Numbered from the stretch's first letter, positions 9,644-19,660 are shown. The stretch: 64,000 nucleotides of DNA from Candidatus Moranbacteria bacterium GW2011_GWC2_40_12 (GCA_000995965.1 LBYD01000004.1:23711-87710), one strand, 5' to 3'. Notes: a model not told the origin generated them from the letters alone. Made by a program: numbers and translations.

Positions 9644-9705
9644 AAAGCTTGGCTTTGGGGAATTCCAAGAGCTTAGCTCTTGGAAGGAAAAAAGCCGAGC
9701 TTTGG
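9644..9705. repeat. MITE-like nested-hairpin intergenic repeat, copy A
   Basis: AAAGCTTGGCTTTGGGGAAT...AAAAAGCCGAGCTTTGG with an inner hairpin; related copies at 36831, 42982, 50462, 52862 and 58336. Confidence 0.7.
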
Positions 9706-9783
9706 AAAAGAATTGTTGAAACAAGCGGCGGTTTAGAATAAGATAGGGGAAGAATTACGTAACTAGGTAAGTAATTAAATTTT

Positions 9784-9957
9784 ATGCCAAGAAGCAAAAA
9801 AGAAGAAAGAAAAACGAGAAAATTGACAAAAGTTGGCAAAAAGACAATTGCAGTGACGATTCCGATTGAAATTGTCCGCGATCTCAAATGGAAGGAAAAA
9901 CAGAAAGTTACCATCAAAAGAGTCCGCGGTGGCGTGTTTATCAAGGATTGGAAATAG
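9784..9957 (+). CDS. AbrB/MazE/SpoVT-type swapped-hairpin DNA-binding protein (57 aa)
   Basis: Not in the ORF track (<60 aa); KVGKKTIAVTIPIEIVRDLKWKEKQKVTIKRVRGGVFIK matches the SpoVT/AbrB domain pattern; weak SD. Confidence 0.45.
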   Translation: MPRSKKEERKTRKLTKVGKKTIAVTIPIEIVRDLKWKEKQKVTIKRVRGGVFIKDWK

Positions 9958-9959
9958 TA

Positions 9960-10511
9960 ATGAATACAGAAACGAAGAAGAATAAAATTACGCTTTTTCC
10001 TGGAGGGTTTCAGAAAGTGAAAAATTACGGCTATCCGGGCTTGGATATCTGGACGGGTGATGATTTTCCGGACGACCTCAAATATCCCGACTTTTTTATT
10101 GGACACAGCGCGGGAGCGAGTTTCGTCCTTCGGTACGCGGCGAAACGAACGAGCCAATATATTTTCGTGAATCCGCTCGTGAAAAGAAAAGGAATATTTT
10201 TCCTCTTCTCGCGCTGGATAAAATACGCTTTTCAAGAAGGCCTCCCAACAGAAAAATTTATTCCGTTGAAATATTGGCCGGGTGCGCTCATAAAAGTTAT
10301 CAATTTATCACGGATTGATTTTCTCTCCGCCGCAAAAGATATTCCCAAAGAAAATATCACGGTTATTCGAGGAAAGAATGATAATTTCTTCTGCGACGAA
10401 GAGGCGGCAAGAATCATCCAAGAAAATGGAATCCGTCTCATCGAAGTCGCCGCCGGACACGATTGGAACGAAAACATAGAGGAGGCGGTGGCAAGAATAA
10501 TTCGCGGCTGA
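9960..10511 (+). CDS. alpha/beta-hydrolase fold protein
   Basis: GHSAG (GxSxG nucleophile elbow) and a C-terminal GHDW; the ATG at 9960 follows the upstream stop; the track ORF 9888 start is probably too long. Confidence 0.55.
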   Translation: MNTETKKNKITLFPGGFQKVKNYGYPGLDIWTGDDFPDDLKYPDFFIGHSAGASFVLRYAAKRTSQYIFVNPLVKRKGIFFLFSRWIKYAFQEGLPTEKFIPLKYWPGALIKVINLSRIDFLSAAKDIPKENITVIRGKNDNFFCDEEAARIIQENGIRLIEVAAGHDWNENIEEAVARIIRG

Positions 10512-10556
10512 ATTGTAACCCCCGCGAATTTCGGCGGGGGATAAGCGAAATAGACT

Positions 10557-11207
10557 ATGGATTATCAAAAAATATACAACAAGGATTATTTCGATGGGCG
10601 AAATTCTTTCTTTTATAAGCTGGGCTATGGGAATTTTGCCAAGTTTTATTTTGACAATCTTTTCAGGCCGCTCAAGTCATATATTAAAAATAATAAAAAA
10701 GGGAAAGTGCTGGATGTCGGATGCGCTTTTGGTTTGATGCTGGAAAGATTTCCGGGTTCATTCGAGAAGTTTGGAGTCGACGTTTCAGAATACGCGATAG
10801 AAGAAGCGAGGAAAAGGCTGCCGGAAGCGAAATTTGTCATCGTGAATGCGGAGGACGAGCTGCCGCTTCCTGAAAATAGTTTTGATATTGTCTTATGCAA
10901 CGATCTCCTGGAACATTTGGAATATCCGGAAAAAGCTTTGAGAAATATTTTTAAGGTATTGAAGGCGGGAGGAATATGCTATATCAACAGTCCGAACCTC
11001 AATTATTTCAGAAAGAAAATTTTTTTCTTAGCCGATAGGAAAGAACATCACATCAATCTCTTTTCGCATGAAGATCTTTCGAAGCTTCTGAAAAAAACGG
11101 GGTTCAAAATTGTGAAGAGATGGACGTACATAAATTTAACGTATTTCTTTTTTGTGAAATTCAAGTCCAACATCGGAATCGAATCGGGTTTTTTATGCAC
11201 GAAATAA
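10557..11207 (+). CDS. class I SAM-dependent methyltransferase
   Basis: VLDVGCAFGLM motif I and LCNDLLEHL motif; a Methyltransf_11/23-like layout. Confidence 0.75.
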   Translation: MDYQKIYNKDYFDGRNSFFYKLGYGNFAKFYFDNLFRPLKSYIKNNKKGKVLDVGCAFGLMLERFPGSFEKFGVDVSEYAIEEARKRLPEAKFVIVNAEDELPLPENSFDIVLCNDLLEHLEYPEKALRNIFKVLKAGGICYINSPNLNYFRKKIFFLADRKEHHINLFSHEDLSKLLKKTGFKIVKRWTYINLTYFFFVKFKSNIGIESGFLCTK

Positions 11208-11402
11208 TTCAGCAATCAACTATCCGCAGATTTCGGCGGGGAAATTCAGATATTAATTACTTACCTGGTTACTTGCCTGAAATGCTTTGATATGTGAACT
11301 TTGCATTGGGATAACAGATATCAGATTGGCAGATAAAAACTCGGGAAGGGCCGGCTAAAGCATTTCGGAGTAGACGGGCGTAATCCTAAAAGCCCACACA
11401 AA

Positions 11403-11440
11403 ACGACATTCTCACATTCTCGAGAATGTGAGAATGTCGT
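11403..11440. promoter_or_regulatory. perfect 38-bp palindrome (4x ACATTCTC half-sites) plus a fifth half-site at 11453
   Basis: acgacattctcacattctcgagaatgtgagaatgtcgt is a perfect inverted repeat centred on CTCGAG; T-rich on both sides; an extra cacattctca abuts the ATG at 11464. Confidence 0.5.
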
Positions 11441-11463
11441 TATTTTGAAATACACATTCTCAT

Positions 11464-12066
11464 ATGGAAGTCAAAGCTATTATCTTCGACGCTGACGGCG
11501 TGGTGATAAACTCTTCCGGATATTTCAGCGTCCAATATGAAAAAGAATTCGGCGTTTCAAATGACGTCATGGCGCCTTTTTTTAAAGGTATTTTTCAAGA
11601 AGCTGTTGCTGGAAGAGCGGATCTCAAAGAGCTGCTCGTGCCCGAGATCAAGAAATGGAAATGGAAAGGAACAATTGATGAGCTTCTCGAGTGGTGGTTC
11701 AAAGCCGAGCACTACGTGGACGAGAGGATCGCGAAAGAGATTCGGCGCCTACAGAAAAAAGGCATCAAATGCTGCCTCGGGACAAAGCAGGAAAAATACC
11801 GGGCCGCTTACATCAGAAAAGATATGGGTTTTGAAAAAATATTTGACGATCTTTATATCTCGTGCGAAATTGGACACAAAAAACCCGAGAAAGAATTTTT
11901 TGAATTTATCCAGAACGACCTTGCAAAAAAGTATTCCATCAGGAAAAATGAAATAATGCTCTGGGATAACAAGGAAGAAAACATTGCTGCGTCAAAAAAA
12001 TTGGGATGGCAAAGTTACCTGTATGAAGGCTTCGACGGTTTTCAAAAAACGATTTCAAATTTGTAG
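11464..12066 (+). CDS. HAD-superfamily hydrolase
   Basis: N-terminal IIFDADGVV (DxD motif I) and a downstream K/D motif pattern. Confidence 0.7.
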   Translation: MEVKAIIFDADGVVINSSGYFSVQYEKEFGVSNDVMAPFFKGIFQEAVAGRADLKELLVPEIKKWKWKGTIDELLEWWFKAEHYVDERIAKEIRRLQKKGIKCCLGTKQEKYRAAYIRKDMGFEKIFDDLYISCEIGHKKPEKEFFEFIQNDLAKKYSIRKNEIMLWDNKEENIAASKKLGWQSYLYEGFDGFQKTISNL

Positions 12067-12117
12067 TATCGTTCTCTGCGGATTTTTTGCGAAGGGCACA
12101 AAGCGAAGCGGTGATTG

Positions 12118-13860
12118 CTATTTACCTTGCGCTTTGTTTTCAACAACCTTGACATTCTGCTTGAGATTTTCGTCATTGGGATTTATTTCCAACGCTTTTT
12201 TGATGTTTTCCAGCGCGAGATCAAACTGCTCCGCGTTGAAATATATCGCGGCCATATTTTGGTAGGATTGCCAAAGATTTGGGTTGATACTCAAAGCTTT
12301 TTTATAATTTTCAACTGCCGCTTCAAGCTGTCCCATTGCCTGATAAGTGTTGCCTAAATTGTGGTAGGCGTCAGCGTAATTCGGATTTATGCCGATTGCT
12401 TTCTGGAACTCTTCCGCGGCTTTGTTGAGATCACCCTGCCGCGCGTACACATCCCCCAGGTTGTTATGAATCTGCTGGCCGGAAGGAGCAACTTTGGCAG
12501 TGGCAACCCATAAAGTGTCCTCGTTTTTCCAATCTTGATTGCGTACGATTGTTCGCGCGGAAAGGGATGCGATAATCACAACAAGGGCAAATTGGCTGAC
12601 CATTTTTGCATTCTCGCTGAATTTCATGATCCGGTCAAACAGAATTGCCACAACAACAATAAGTCCCAGTGTTCCGAGATAAACGTATCTTTCTGCGACG
12701 ATCCAAGAAATCTTGAACGGTGTCAGGGTGGGGAGCAGAGTTATTATAAAAAAAGACAGCCAAAAAAAAGTTTTCCGGTTTTTGAAATATCCCCAAACAA
12801 TCAAACCCAGGAAAACCAGGAAAATAAAAAGGGAGATGAGAAATTGGCCCCGGGAAAAGGCCATTTCTGTCTGATAGAGTGAAAGGGCTGCCGGCCAAAA
12901 TATCAGCCTGAGATAGGATGAAATGGCAATGGGGACTTGGACAAAGGGATTGAACATCCCGTCCGCAGATTGATAAGATTGCGATTCTATGGCGGATACC
13001 CGGTATCCAATTTTAGCTGCAAGCAGTATTATTATGAAGAGGCTAATTGAAAAATAAGGCAAAATCTTCTTCCAGTTATAGCGAATACTCCCAAAGGCTA
13101 TTTCGTAGAGAGGGAAAATCAGAAAAAGGGCTATGGCATTTCCAGAAGAGAAGAGAGTGAGCAAATAAAAAGCGATTGAATAATAAAAGTATTTCCGGTT
13201 GTTATCAGAAAAAAGATAAAATAAAAAAGAAAGAAGAAAGAAAAAGGCATACATTGAATAGGGAGCACCTGAAATCCAGCCTACTGCTTCAATGAGAATA
13301 GGGTGGACGGCGAAGAGGGAAGCAGCTATAAAAGCTACCCGTTTCTCCAAAGCCAATGACAAAAGCAAATATATGATCAGTGTCGAACCAAGATGGAAAA
13401 AAATATTGATAATTCGAAATGTCAGAGGATGAAGCCCTCCGATATGATAGGCGATAAGTTGGAAAAAGGACGGCAATGAAAAATGCGCGGGACCTGAAAA
13501 TATAGTAAAAAAACGGCCAAGGTTTTCATTTCTAGCGAACCCGGCGATATCGTCAGAGACAAAACCATTTCCAAGAGAATTTGCATATACGGCAAAAACC
13601 AAAAATGCAAGAAAGGCCAGAATAAACCGGTTCTTGCGGAAAAAACCCACAAAACTGAAAGAAACAGGGCTTTGGTTTCGATCAGTATTTTGGGAAAATT
13701 GGTTCTTCAGGAATTTGTTGTATTTTTCAAGAGTCCATTTTTTCTTGAGATAGTCAAAAATTTCGCTTTCAGGAAGCTCGAGATCCGACGCAATTTTTGA
13801 AACGGTATAATTTCGGAGGTTTCTTTTTATATAATTTTTTTGGTAACCGTCAAGTCCCAT
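12118..13860 (-). CDS. TPR-repeat integral membrane protein (PMT/ArnT-like GT-C glycosyltransferase candidate)
   Basis: 580 aa: short cytoplasmic N-terminus, about 11 TM helices, then 4-5 C-terminal TPR repeats (AYHNLGNTYQAMGQLEAA...). Confidence 0.6.
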   Translation of the reverse strand: MGLDGYQKNYIKRNLRNYTVSKIASDLELPESEIFDYLKKKWTLEKYNKFLKNQFSQNTDRNQSPVSFSFVGFFRKNRFILAFLAFLVFAVYANSLGNGFVSDDIAGFARNENLGRFFTIFSGPAHFSLPSFFQLIAYHIGGLHPLTFRIINIFFHLGSTLIIYLLLSLALEKRVAFIAASLFAVHPILIEAVGWISGAPYSMYAFFFLLSFLFYLFSDNNRKYFYYSIAFYLLTLFSSGNAIALFLIFPLYEIAFGSIRYNWKKILPYFSISLFIIILLAAKIGYRVSAIESQSYQSADGMFNPFVQVPIAISSYLRLIFWPAALSLYQTEMAFSRGQFLISLFIFLVFLGLIVWGYFKNRKTFFWLSFFIITLLPTLTPFKISWIVAERYVYLGTLGLIVVVAILFDRIMKFSENAKMVSQFALVVIIASLSARTIVRNQDWKNEDTLWVATAKVAPSGQQIHNNLGDVYARQGDLNKAAEEFQKAIGINPNYADAYHNLGNTYQAMGQLEAAVENYKKALSINPNLWQSYQNMAAIYFNAEQFDLALENIKKALEINPNDENLKQNVKVVENKAQGK

Positions 13861-13908
13861 AAATGGATTTTTTTTGATGCTTAAGATAATATTAGGACAA
13901 AGCCAAAT

Positions 13909-14721
13909 ATGCTCATATCCATCATTATAGCGACAAAAAACGAAGAAAGGAACATCGAAAATTGCCTAAAATCTATTTTAGCGCAAACTTATCCAAAAGA
14001 AAAGCTGGAGGTTATTTTCGTGGATAATAATTCAGAGGACCAAACCAAGGAAATTTCCCGGAAATATACTGAAAAAATTTTCAATCGGGGGCCGGAGAGA
14101 TCGGCTCAAAAAAATTTCGGAGTAAGCATGTCAAAAGGGGAATATTTCTTGCATCTTGATGCGGACATGACTTTGAGCGAAAACGTCATAGAAGAGTGCG
14201 TCAAAAAAATAAAGCAAGGGAAAAATATCATTGCCTTGTATATTCCGGAGGTTATAACGGGCAAAAAATTTTTTTCCAAAGTGCGAAGATTCGAAAGAAA
14301 ATTTTATGACGGAACAGCTATTGACGCAGTCCGCTTCATTCAAAAAAACAAATTTTTGGAAGCGGGAGGTTTTGATGAAAAAATGTATGCCTGTGAAGAT
14401 TGGGATCTTGATAAAAAACTCAAGAAATTTGGAAAATTTTATATAATCAAACACCCTCTTTATCACAACGAATCGGAATTTGATTTGAAAAAATATCTGT
14501 TGAAAAAAGGCTATTATTCAAAAAACGTAAATGTTTATATTGATAAATGGGGAGAAAAAGACTCAGATGTCAGAAAACAGTTTGGATTTTACTACCGGTT
14601 TATTGGAGTATTTATTGAAAAAGGAAAATGGAAAAAGGTTGTCCGGCATCCGTTTCTCACTCTTGGTATGTATTTTTTGAGATTTTTGGTAGGAATAAAA
14701 TATTTGGCGCGACGAATATGA
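13909..14721 (+). CDS. family 2 glycosyltransferase
   Basis: ISIIIATKNEE...LHLDADM GT-A motifs. Confidence 0.75.
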   Translation: MLISIIIATKNEERNIENCLKSILAQTYPKEKLEVIFVDNNSEDQTKEISRKYTEKIFNRGPERSAQKNFGVSMSKGEYFLHLDADMTLSENVIEECVKKIKQGKNIIALYIPEVITGKKFFSKVRRFERKFYDGTAIDAVRFIQKNKFLEAGGFDEKMYACEDWDLDKKLKKFGKFYIIKHPLYHNESEFDLKKYLLKKGYYSKNVNVYIDKWGEKDSDVRKQFGFYYRFIGVFIEKGKWKKVVRHPFLTLGMYFLRFLVGIKYLARRI

Positions 14722-15758
14722 AAGATATATTTTTTAGTATATTAATCCCAACCTACAACGGCGCTGAAGTAATCGGTGACACTTTGCGGAGCATTCTTTC
14801 CCAAAGTTATCAGAATTTTGAAATAATCATTCAAGATGATGCTTCGACAGATAATACCATTGAAGTGATAAAATCATTCAAAGAATCGCGGATAAAAATT
14901 TTCCAGAACGAAAAAAATCTTGGATATCCGGGAAACTTGGAAAGTTTGAGTAAAAAAGCGACCGGGGATATCGTATATCTCATGGGCCAGGATGATATTT
15001 TGGGAAATGACGCTTTGCAAAACACTTGCAATGCTTTCAAGCTATCCGATGACATTGGCGCGGTAGCAAGACCGTATTTCTGGTTTGACGAAAAAATCGA
15101 AAAACCCGTGCGGGCCACGGAAAGACTCAGCTCGGAAAAGGACGAGGTTGTGAAGATAACTGACAATTATGAAAGATTAGTCCTCACTATTGACGTGGCC
15201 GGCCAGCTATCCGGATTGGCTATGAGAAGAAAGTTCATGGATACTCCGTTCCACGGGGATATTTTTCCTTGCCACGTCTACCCCTTCATTGCTATTCTCA
15301 AGAAGCACCCGATTGTATTTCTCAAGGATTATAATGTGGCCGTCCGCATTCGGTCGAGCCAGTGCCGCAGCGTGTCTTCGATATACGACAAGTCTCCGAT
15401 TGAAAGCTGGGTCGATTTTGCCAATAATGTTTTTCCGGAAAGAGAATTCTCTGAATTCAGAAGATATTTTATCATTAATTACGTTGCCAAAAATTATGTC
15501 GGATTGGTTCAGATCAGAAATTATGCCAGGTACGGATACCTTCTTCGAGAAATCAGGATGCTTGTCAGATATCGCCGGCAAAATATTTATTCACCAGCAT
15601 TTTGGTTTTTCAGTCTGGGCTGCCTTATAACTCCGCCTCTCATCTTGATTTCGCTTGTTGACTGGTATAAAAGCAGAATAAATGCACAAAATCTGAAGCA
15701 CATAAAATTCAAATATAAATTGCATGCTGATGAAAAAGCTGGTCAACAAACTGCATAG
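14718..15758 (+). CDS. family 2 glycosyltransferase
   Basis: FSILIPTYNGAEV...IIQDDASTD... GT-A motifs; start ATGA overlaps the upstream stop; the track ORF 14628 start is probably too long. Confidence 0.7.
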   Translation: MKDIFFSILIPTYNGAEVIGDTLRSILSQSYQNFEIIIQDDASTDNTIEVIKSFKESRIKIFQNEKNLGYPGNLESLSKKATGDIVYLMGQDDILGNDALQNTCNAFKLSDDIGAVARPYFWFDEKIEKPVRATERLSSEKDEVVKITDNYERLVLTIDVAGQLSGLAMRRKFMDTPFHGDIFPCHVYPFIAILKKHPIVFLKDYNVAVRIRSSQCRSVSSIYDKSPIESWVDFANNVFPEREFSEFRRYFIINYVAKNYVGLVQIRNYARYGYLLREIRMLVRYRRQNIYSPAFWFFSLGCLITPPLILISLVDWYKSRINAQNLKHIKFKYKLHADEKAGQQTA

Positions 15759-16416
15759 ATCAAAATTTCTTGGAACTATTTTTCCAACGTTGGATTATTG
15801 TTTGCGAAAAGAAATCTTGGGTTGCGAAAGCGCCCTTGATCTGGGATGCGGGCCCTCCTCTCCTCTTCAATACTGCAAAAATATAAAATACAGCGTCGGC
15901 GTTGAAGCATTTCAGCCATACTTGGAAGAATCAAAAAGAAAAAAAATTCATACGGAATATATCGAAAAAAAAATTGAAGAAGTTGATTTTCCTGAAAATA
16001 GGTTCGATGCGGTTATCCTAATCGAGGTTTTGGAACATCTCCCTGAAAAAGAAGGTTATGCAGTCTTAGAAAAAGCTAAAAAATGGTCCAGGAAAAAAAT
16101 AATCGTTTCCACTCCCAACGGATATCTTTTCCAGAGAGAACTGGACAATAATCAGATGCAGAAACATCTCTCGGGATGGGATACTGAAAAAATGAGGCAG
16201 ATGGGTTTTGAATGCCGGGGCTTAGCGGGCTTGAAATGCCTTCGGAGAGAAGTTCAGGACAATACGATGGGAGATGATCTCACGACAACTATCAAATATC
16301 GCCCGAGGATGCTTTGGTTCGCGGCGGCGACCTTAAGCCAAATAATAACCTATCAACTGCCCAATCGAGCCTTTGAATTGTTTTGTGTAAAAAAAATCAA
16401 GAAGTTTCGGCCTTGA
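15724..16416 (+). CDS. class I SAM-dependent methyltransferase
   Basis: ALDLGCGPSSP motif I and AVILIEVLEHLPEKEG. Confidence 0.7.
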   Translation: MLMKKLVNKLHRSKFLGTIFPTLDYCLRKEILGCESALDLGCGPSSPLQYCKNIKYSVGVEAFQPYLEESKRKKIHTEYIEKKIEEVDFPENRFDAVILIEVLEHLPEKEGYAVLEKAKKWSRKKIIVSTPNGYLFQRELDNNQMQKHLSGWDTEKMRQMGFECRGLAGLKCLRREVQDNTMGDDLTTTIKYRPRMLWFAAATLSQIITYQLPNRAFELFCVKKIKKFRP

Positions 16417-16448
16417 AAATAAAAAAGTTCGAATCTTGAAAAAAATCA

Positions 16449-17039
16449 ATGAATATATTCAGCAAAATAATCAGTTATCTCATCTCCATTCCCGCAAGGA
16501 TCAAAGGAATGAAATTCGGGAAGAACAGCTTCATAGGTCCGGGATATGACATGGGCCCGATTCTCAAAGGGATCAGCCTGGGAAAACACGTAATTATTGG
16601 ACGAAACGCCTGGTTTGATATTTCAAGATATACAAAAAATGCGGAAATAAATATAAGCGATGGTACGCAGATAGGCAGATATTTTGTTGTCTCTGCATGC
16701 AAAAATATTTCAATCGGAAAGAAATGCTTGATTTCGTATAACGTTACCATTGCCGATCATAACCACGATGTTTTCAATCCGGAAATTTCTCCAATGGATG
16801 CCGGCATTACCGAAGGAAAAGAAATAATTATTGAAGACGAGTGTTTTATTGGCGCCCACTCCTTCATACTCAAAGGTGTGCATCTCGGCAGGCACTCCGT
16901 GGTTGGCGCCAATAGTGTCGTAACAAAGTCATTTCCAGCCTATTCCGTGATTGCCGGCAGTCCGGCCAGATTGGTCAGAAACCTCAAAGATGATAAAACA
17001 CTCGAAAATGAAAATAACAGTAATAATGCCGGTATATAA
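16449..17039 (+). CDS. hexapeptide-repeat (LbH) sugar O-acetyltransferase
   Basis: Repeated [LIV]G-x4 hexapeptides (IGRNAWF..., IGKKCLISYNVTIADHNH, IGAHSFILKGVHLGRHSVVGANSVV). Confidence 0.75.
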   Translation: MNIFSKIISYLISIPARIKGMKFGKNSFIGPGYDMGPILKGISLGKHVIIGRNAWFDISRYTKNAEINISDGTQIGRYFVVSACKNISIGKKCLISYNVTIADHNHDVFNPEISPMDAGITEGKEIIIEDECFIGAHSFILKGVHLGRHSVVGANSVVTKSFPAYSVIAGSPARLVRNLKDDKTLENENNSNNAGI

Positions 17040-17949
17040 CGGCGAATCAACCATTGAAAAAACGCTCGTGGGCCTGCTTGTTCAGTCAAAAAAATTTGAT
17101 GAACTTATTGTGATTGACGACGGTTCAAAAGACAGATCAGTTGAACGCTTGAAGAATTTCTTGGATGGGCGGATGGATTATAATTTGATCCAAAATGAGA
17201 AACGGCTGGGACTCGCGGCAGGTTATAATAGGGGAATAAAATCTGCGAAAGGCGATCTGATCGTCACTCTTCATCAGGATATAATTTTGGAAAAAGATTC
17301 ATTGGAAAAACTGGTCGAGCCGTTTCATGATAAAAAAGTTGTTGCTGCAAGCCACATTGTCTCGCACCCCCTCGAGGTCTGGAACAAATACAATTTCTGG
17401 CAAAAAAGTTTTTTTGGCCGCCTTGCCGGAAAGGACTTTTCGGGGATTGACGGAAAATTCGATGCTTTCCGGAAAAGCGCGCTTGAGAAAGCTGGCCTCT
17501 TTGACGATAAACATTTCCACACGGCTGGCGAAGACGGAGATATGGTCTTCAAGCTGAAAAAAATGGGAAAAATTGCTGATACCGAAGCAAGAATAATCCA
17601 TCTTCACAAAGTTGATCCGAATTTTAGCTGGAAAGATATTGTACACAAGCAGGCCCAATATTCAGAAGCGCAGGGGGTGTTGCTCGCGCTTGGAAGAATC
17701 CGAAATCTTGAAACATTTGGCCGCTCTTTTTTTCGAGAGCTGATGCTTTTGGCGCTTGTTGTTCCTTATTTGAACATTGTTTCATTGATTTCGATTGCTC
17801 TTTACTCATTTCTTTATACTAAGATTATTTTTGAAAAAAACTATAAAGATAAAAGGATATTTATTCTCTCTCTATTTAATATTTTTTTGTTATTTGTCAG
17901 TTCCTTTTACTCTTTGAGAGGATTCATTTATGGAAAACAAAGAATATAA
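17007..17949 (+). CDS. family 2 glycosyltransferase
   Basis: MKITVIMPVYNGE...VIDDGSKD GT-A motifs; internal ATG chosen (the track start 16951 overlaps the acetyltransferase). Confidence 0.65.
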
Positions 17950-18910
17950 TTCAGACGAAGAAAATCTTATCAGCATAGTGTTGCCTTATTATAACAGAAA
18001 AGAATTTATCATCGATCAGCTGAATAGTATTCTCGTTCAAACATACGAAAATTGGGAGTTGATTATTGTCGATGATTGTTCGACCGATGGCTCGGAGGAG
18101 ATTATTCAAAAGTTTATTGGAGAAAACAAAAATCGAAGAATAACATACAAAAAAAACGAAAGAAACCTGGGGCTCATGAAAAATTTTGAAAAAGGGCTCA
18201 ATTACACATCTGGCGAATATATCGCGGTATGCGACTCTGACGATGTTTGGTTTCCAGATAAGCTGGAAAAAGAACTGGAGCGGCTAAAAAAAGGAAATTT
18301 TGGAATGGTGTATTCGGATCTGGTGGTAGTTGATAAAGACCTGAAAGTGATGAAACAATCTTTCATAAAGAGCTGCTTATCCTTTTTCAGCAACCAAAGA
18401 GACGATTCGTTCGATGAATTGATCAACGACAATCACATAACCGCGCCAACGATCCTGTTCATGGCCGAGCTGAAACAAAAGCTCATTCCATTTTCTCAGT
18501 ATGTTATGCAGGATTATTGGATTGCAATTGTATCCTCTATTTTTTCCTCCATTGGGTACTTAAACAAGCCGACTGTTTTTTATAGGCAACATTCAGAAAA
18601 CATGATTGGTGCGAGCCAATTTTCTGCCAGCGGGTTGATTTTGGGGAGAAAAAAAATATCCCTGGAAAATCACCTGAAGATAAAAAAAAATAGCCTTCTT
18701 TTTCTGAATGATCTTTCCAGTGTTAAGGGAATAAATGGGGAAATTAAGAATAAAATCAACAAAAAAATAAAAAAAACGAAGATTTTGACGGACTATCTGT
18801 CAAAACTGAAGGTGAACAAGACAAGCTTTTTGAAATGCATTTTGGATTGTTGGAAGTTAAGTGCATATAGGGAAATTATACAAATAATTTATTTTCGCCT
18901 AAAATCATAA
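17930..18910 (+). CDS. family 2 glycosyltransferase
   Basis: ISIVLPYYNRKE...IIVDDCSTDGS GT-A motifs. Confidence 0.7.
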   Translation: MENKEYNSDEENLISIVLPYYNRKEFIIDQLNSILVQTYENWELIIVDDCSTDGSEEIIQKFIGENKNRRITYKKNERNLGLMKNFEKGLNYTSGEYIAVCDSDDVWFPDKLEKELERLKKGNFGMVYSDLVVVDKDLKVMKQSFIKSCLSFFSNQRDDSFDELINDNHITAPTILFMAELKQKLIPFSQYVMQDYWIAIVSSIFSSIGYLNKPTVFYRQHSENMIGASQFSASGLILGRKKISLENHLKIKKNSLLFLNDLSSVKGINGEIKNKINKKIKKTKILTDYLSKLKVNKTSFLKCILDCWKLSAYREIIQIIYFRLKS

Positions 18911-18922
18911 AAAGCATCAGAA

Positions 18923-19660
18923 ATGAGATACGGCAAAAATTTTTTTGAAGGGCACAAGGACGGTTCGCTTTCGTCGGCCAAAGTGGTTGTTCCTCAGATT
19001 ATGAAATTATTGCAACCGAAAAAAGTAGTCGACGTTGGATGTGGGATCGGAACATGGTTGTCTGTTTTCAGGGAAGAAGGCGTGGACGAAGTGCTAGGAA
19101 TAGACGGAAATTGGTTAGACAAAGAAATGCTATTGGTCCCCAAGGAATATTTTCAAAATGCTAATCTGGAAAAGCCGCTGGAAATTGGGGAAAAATTTGA
19201 CCTTGTCGTATCCCTGGAAGTTGCTGAACATCTTCCGCAAAATTGCGCCGAGAACTTTATTGACTCTTTGATACAGCTTGGCCCGGCAATTCTTTTTTCG
19301 GCTGCTATTCCCCATCAGGGCGGAACTCATCATCAAAACGAGCAGTGGCCGGATTATTGGCAAAAAAAATTTGAAGAGAGAGGATATTTATTTATAGACT
19401 GCATAAGAAAAAAAATATGGGATAGTGATAAAGTAGCATGGTGGTATGCCCAGAATATATTTCTTGCAGTAAAAAAAGAATTGCTGGATTCAAATGAAAT
19501 GCTGAAAAAAGAGTTTCTTGATAATAGAGGGAATGCGCTTTCGCTCGTGCACCCCCGGAATTATCTTTCAAAGTTCGGGTTTAAATCGGCGCTAATAAAT
19601 ATTATACCCCATAGAGCCGCGAGAACAGTAAAAAAATATTTTGTATGGTTTCAAAAATAA
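18923..19660 (+). CDS. class I SAM-dependent methyltransferase
   Basis: VVDVGCGIGTW motif I; LVVSLEVAEHLP. Confidence 0.65.
   Translation: MRYGKNFFEGHKDGSLSSAKVVVPQIMKLLQPKKVVDVGCGIGTWLSVFREEGVDEVLGIDGNWLDKEMLLVPKEYFQNANLEKPLEIGEKFDLVVSLEVAEHLPQNCAENFIDSLIQLGPAILFSAAIPHQGGTHHQNEQWPDYWQKKFEERGYLFIDCIRKKIWDSDKVAWWYAQNIFLAVKKELLDSNEMLKKEFLDNRGNALSLVHPRNYLSKFGFKSALINIIPHRAARTVKKYFVWFQK

Noticed and set aside
11537-11956. ORF 11537-11956 (+, 139 aa) inside the HAD hydrolase gene
   Set aside because: It is an internal alternative frame of the motif-supported HAD CDS 11464-12066.
18671-18690. Homopolymeric A9-A10 tracts inside GT2 and other CDSs as phase-variation switches
   Set aside because: In a ~38% GC genome poly-A/T runs of this length are expected by chance in Lys/Asn/Phe-rich proteins; unlike the G12 tract they are not compositionally exceptional.
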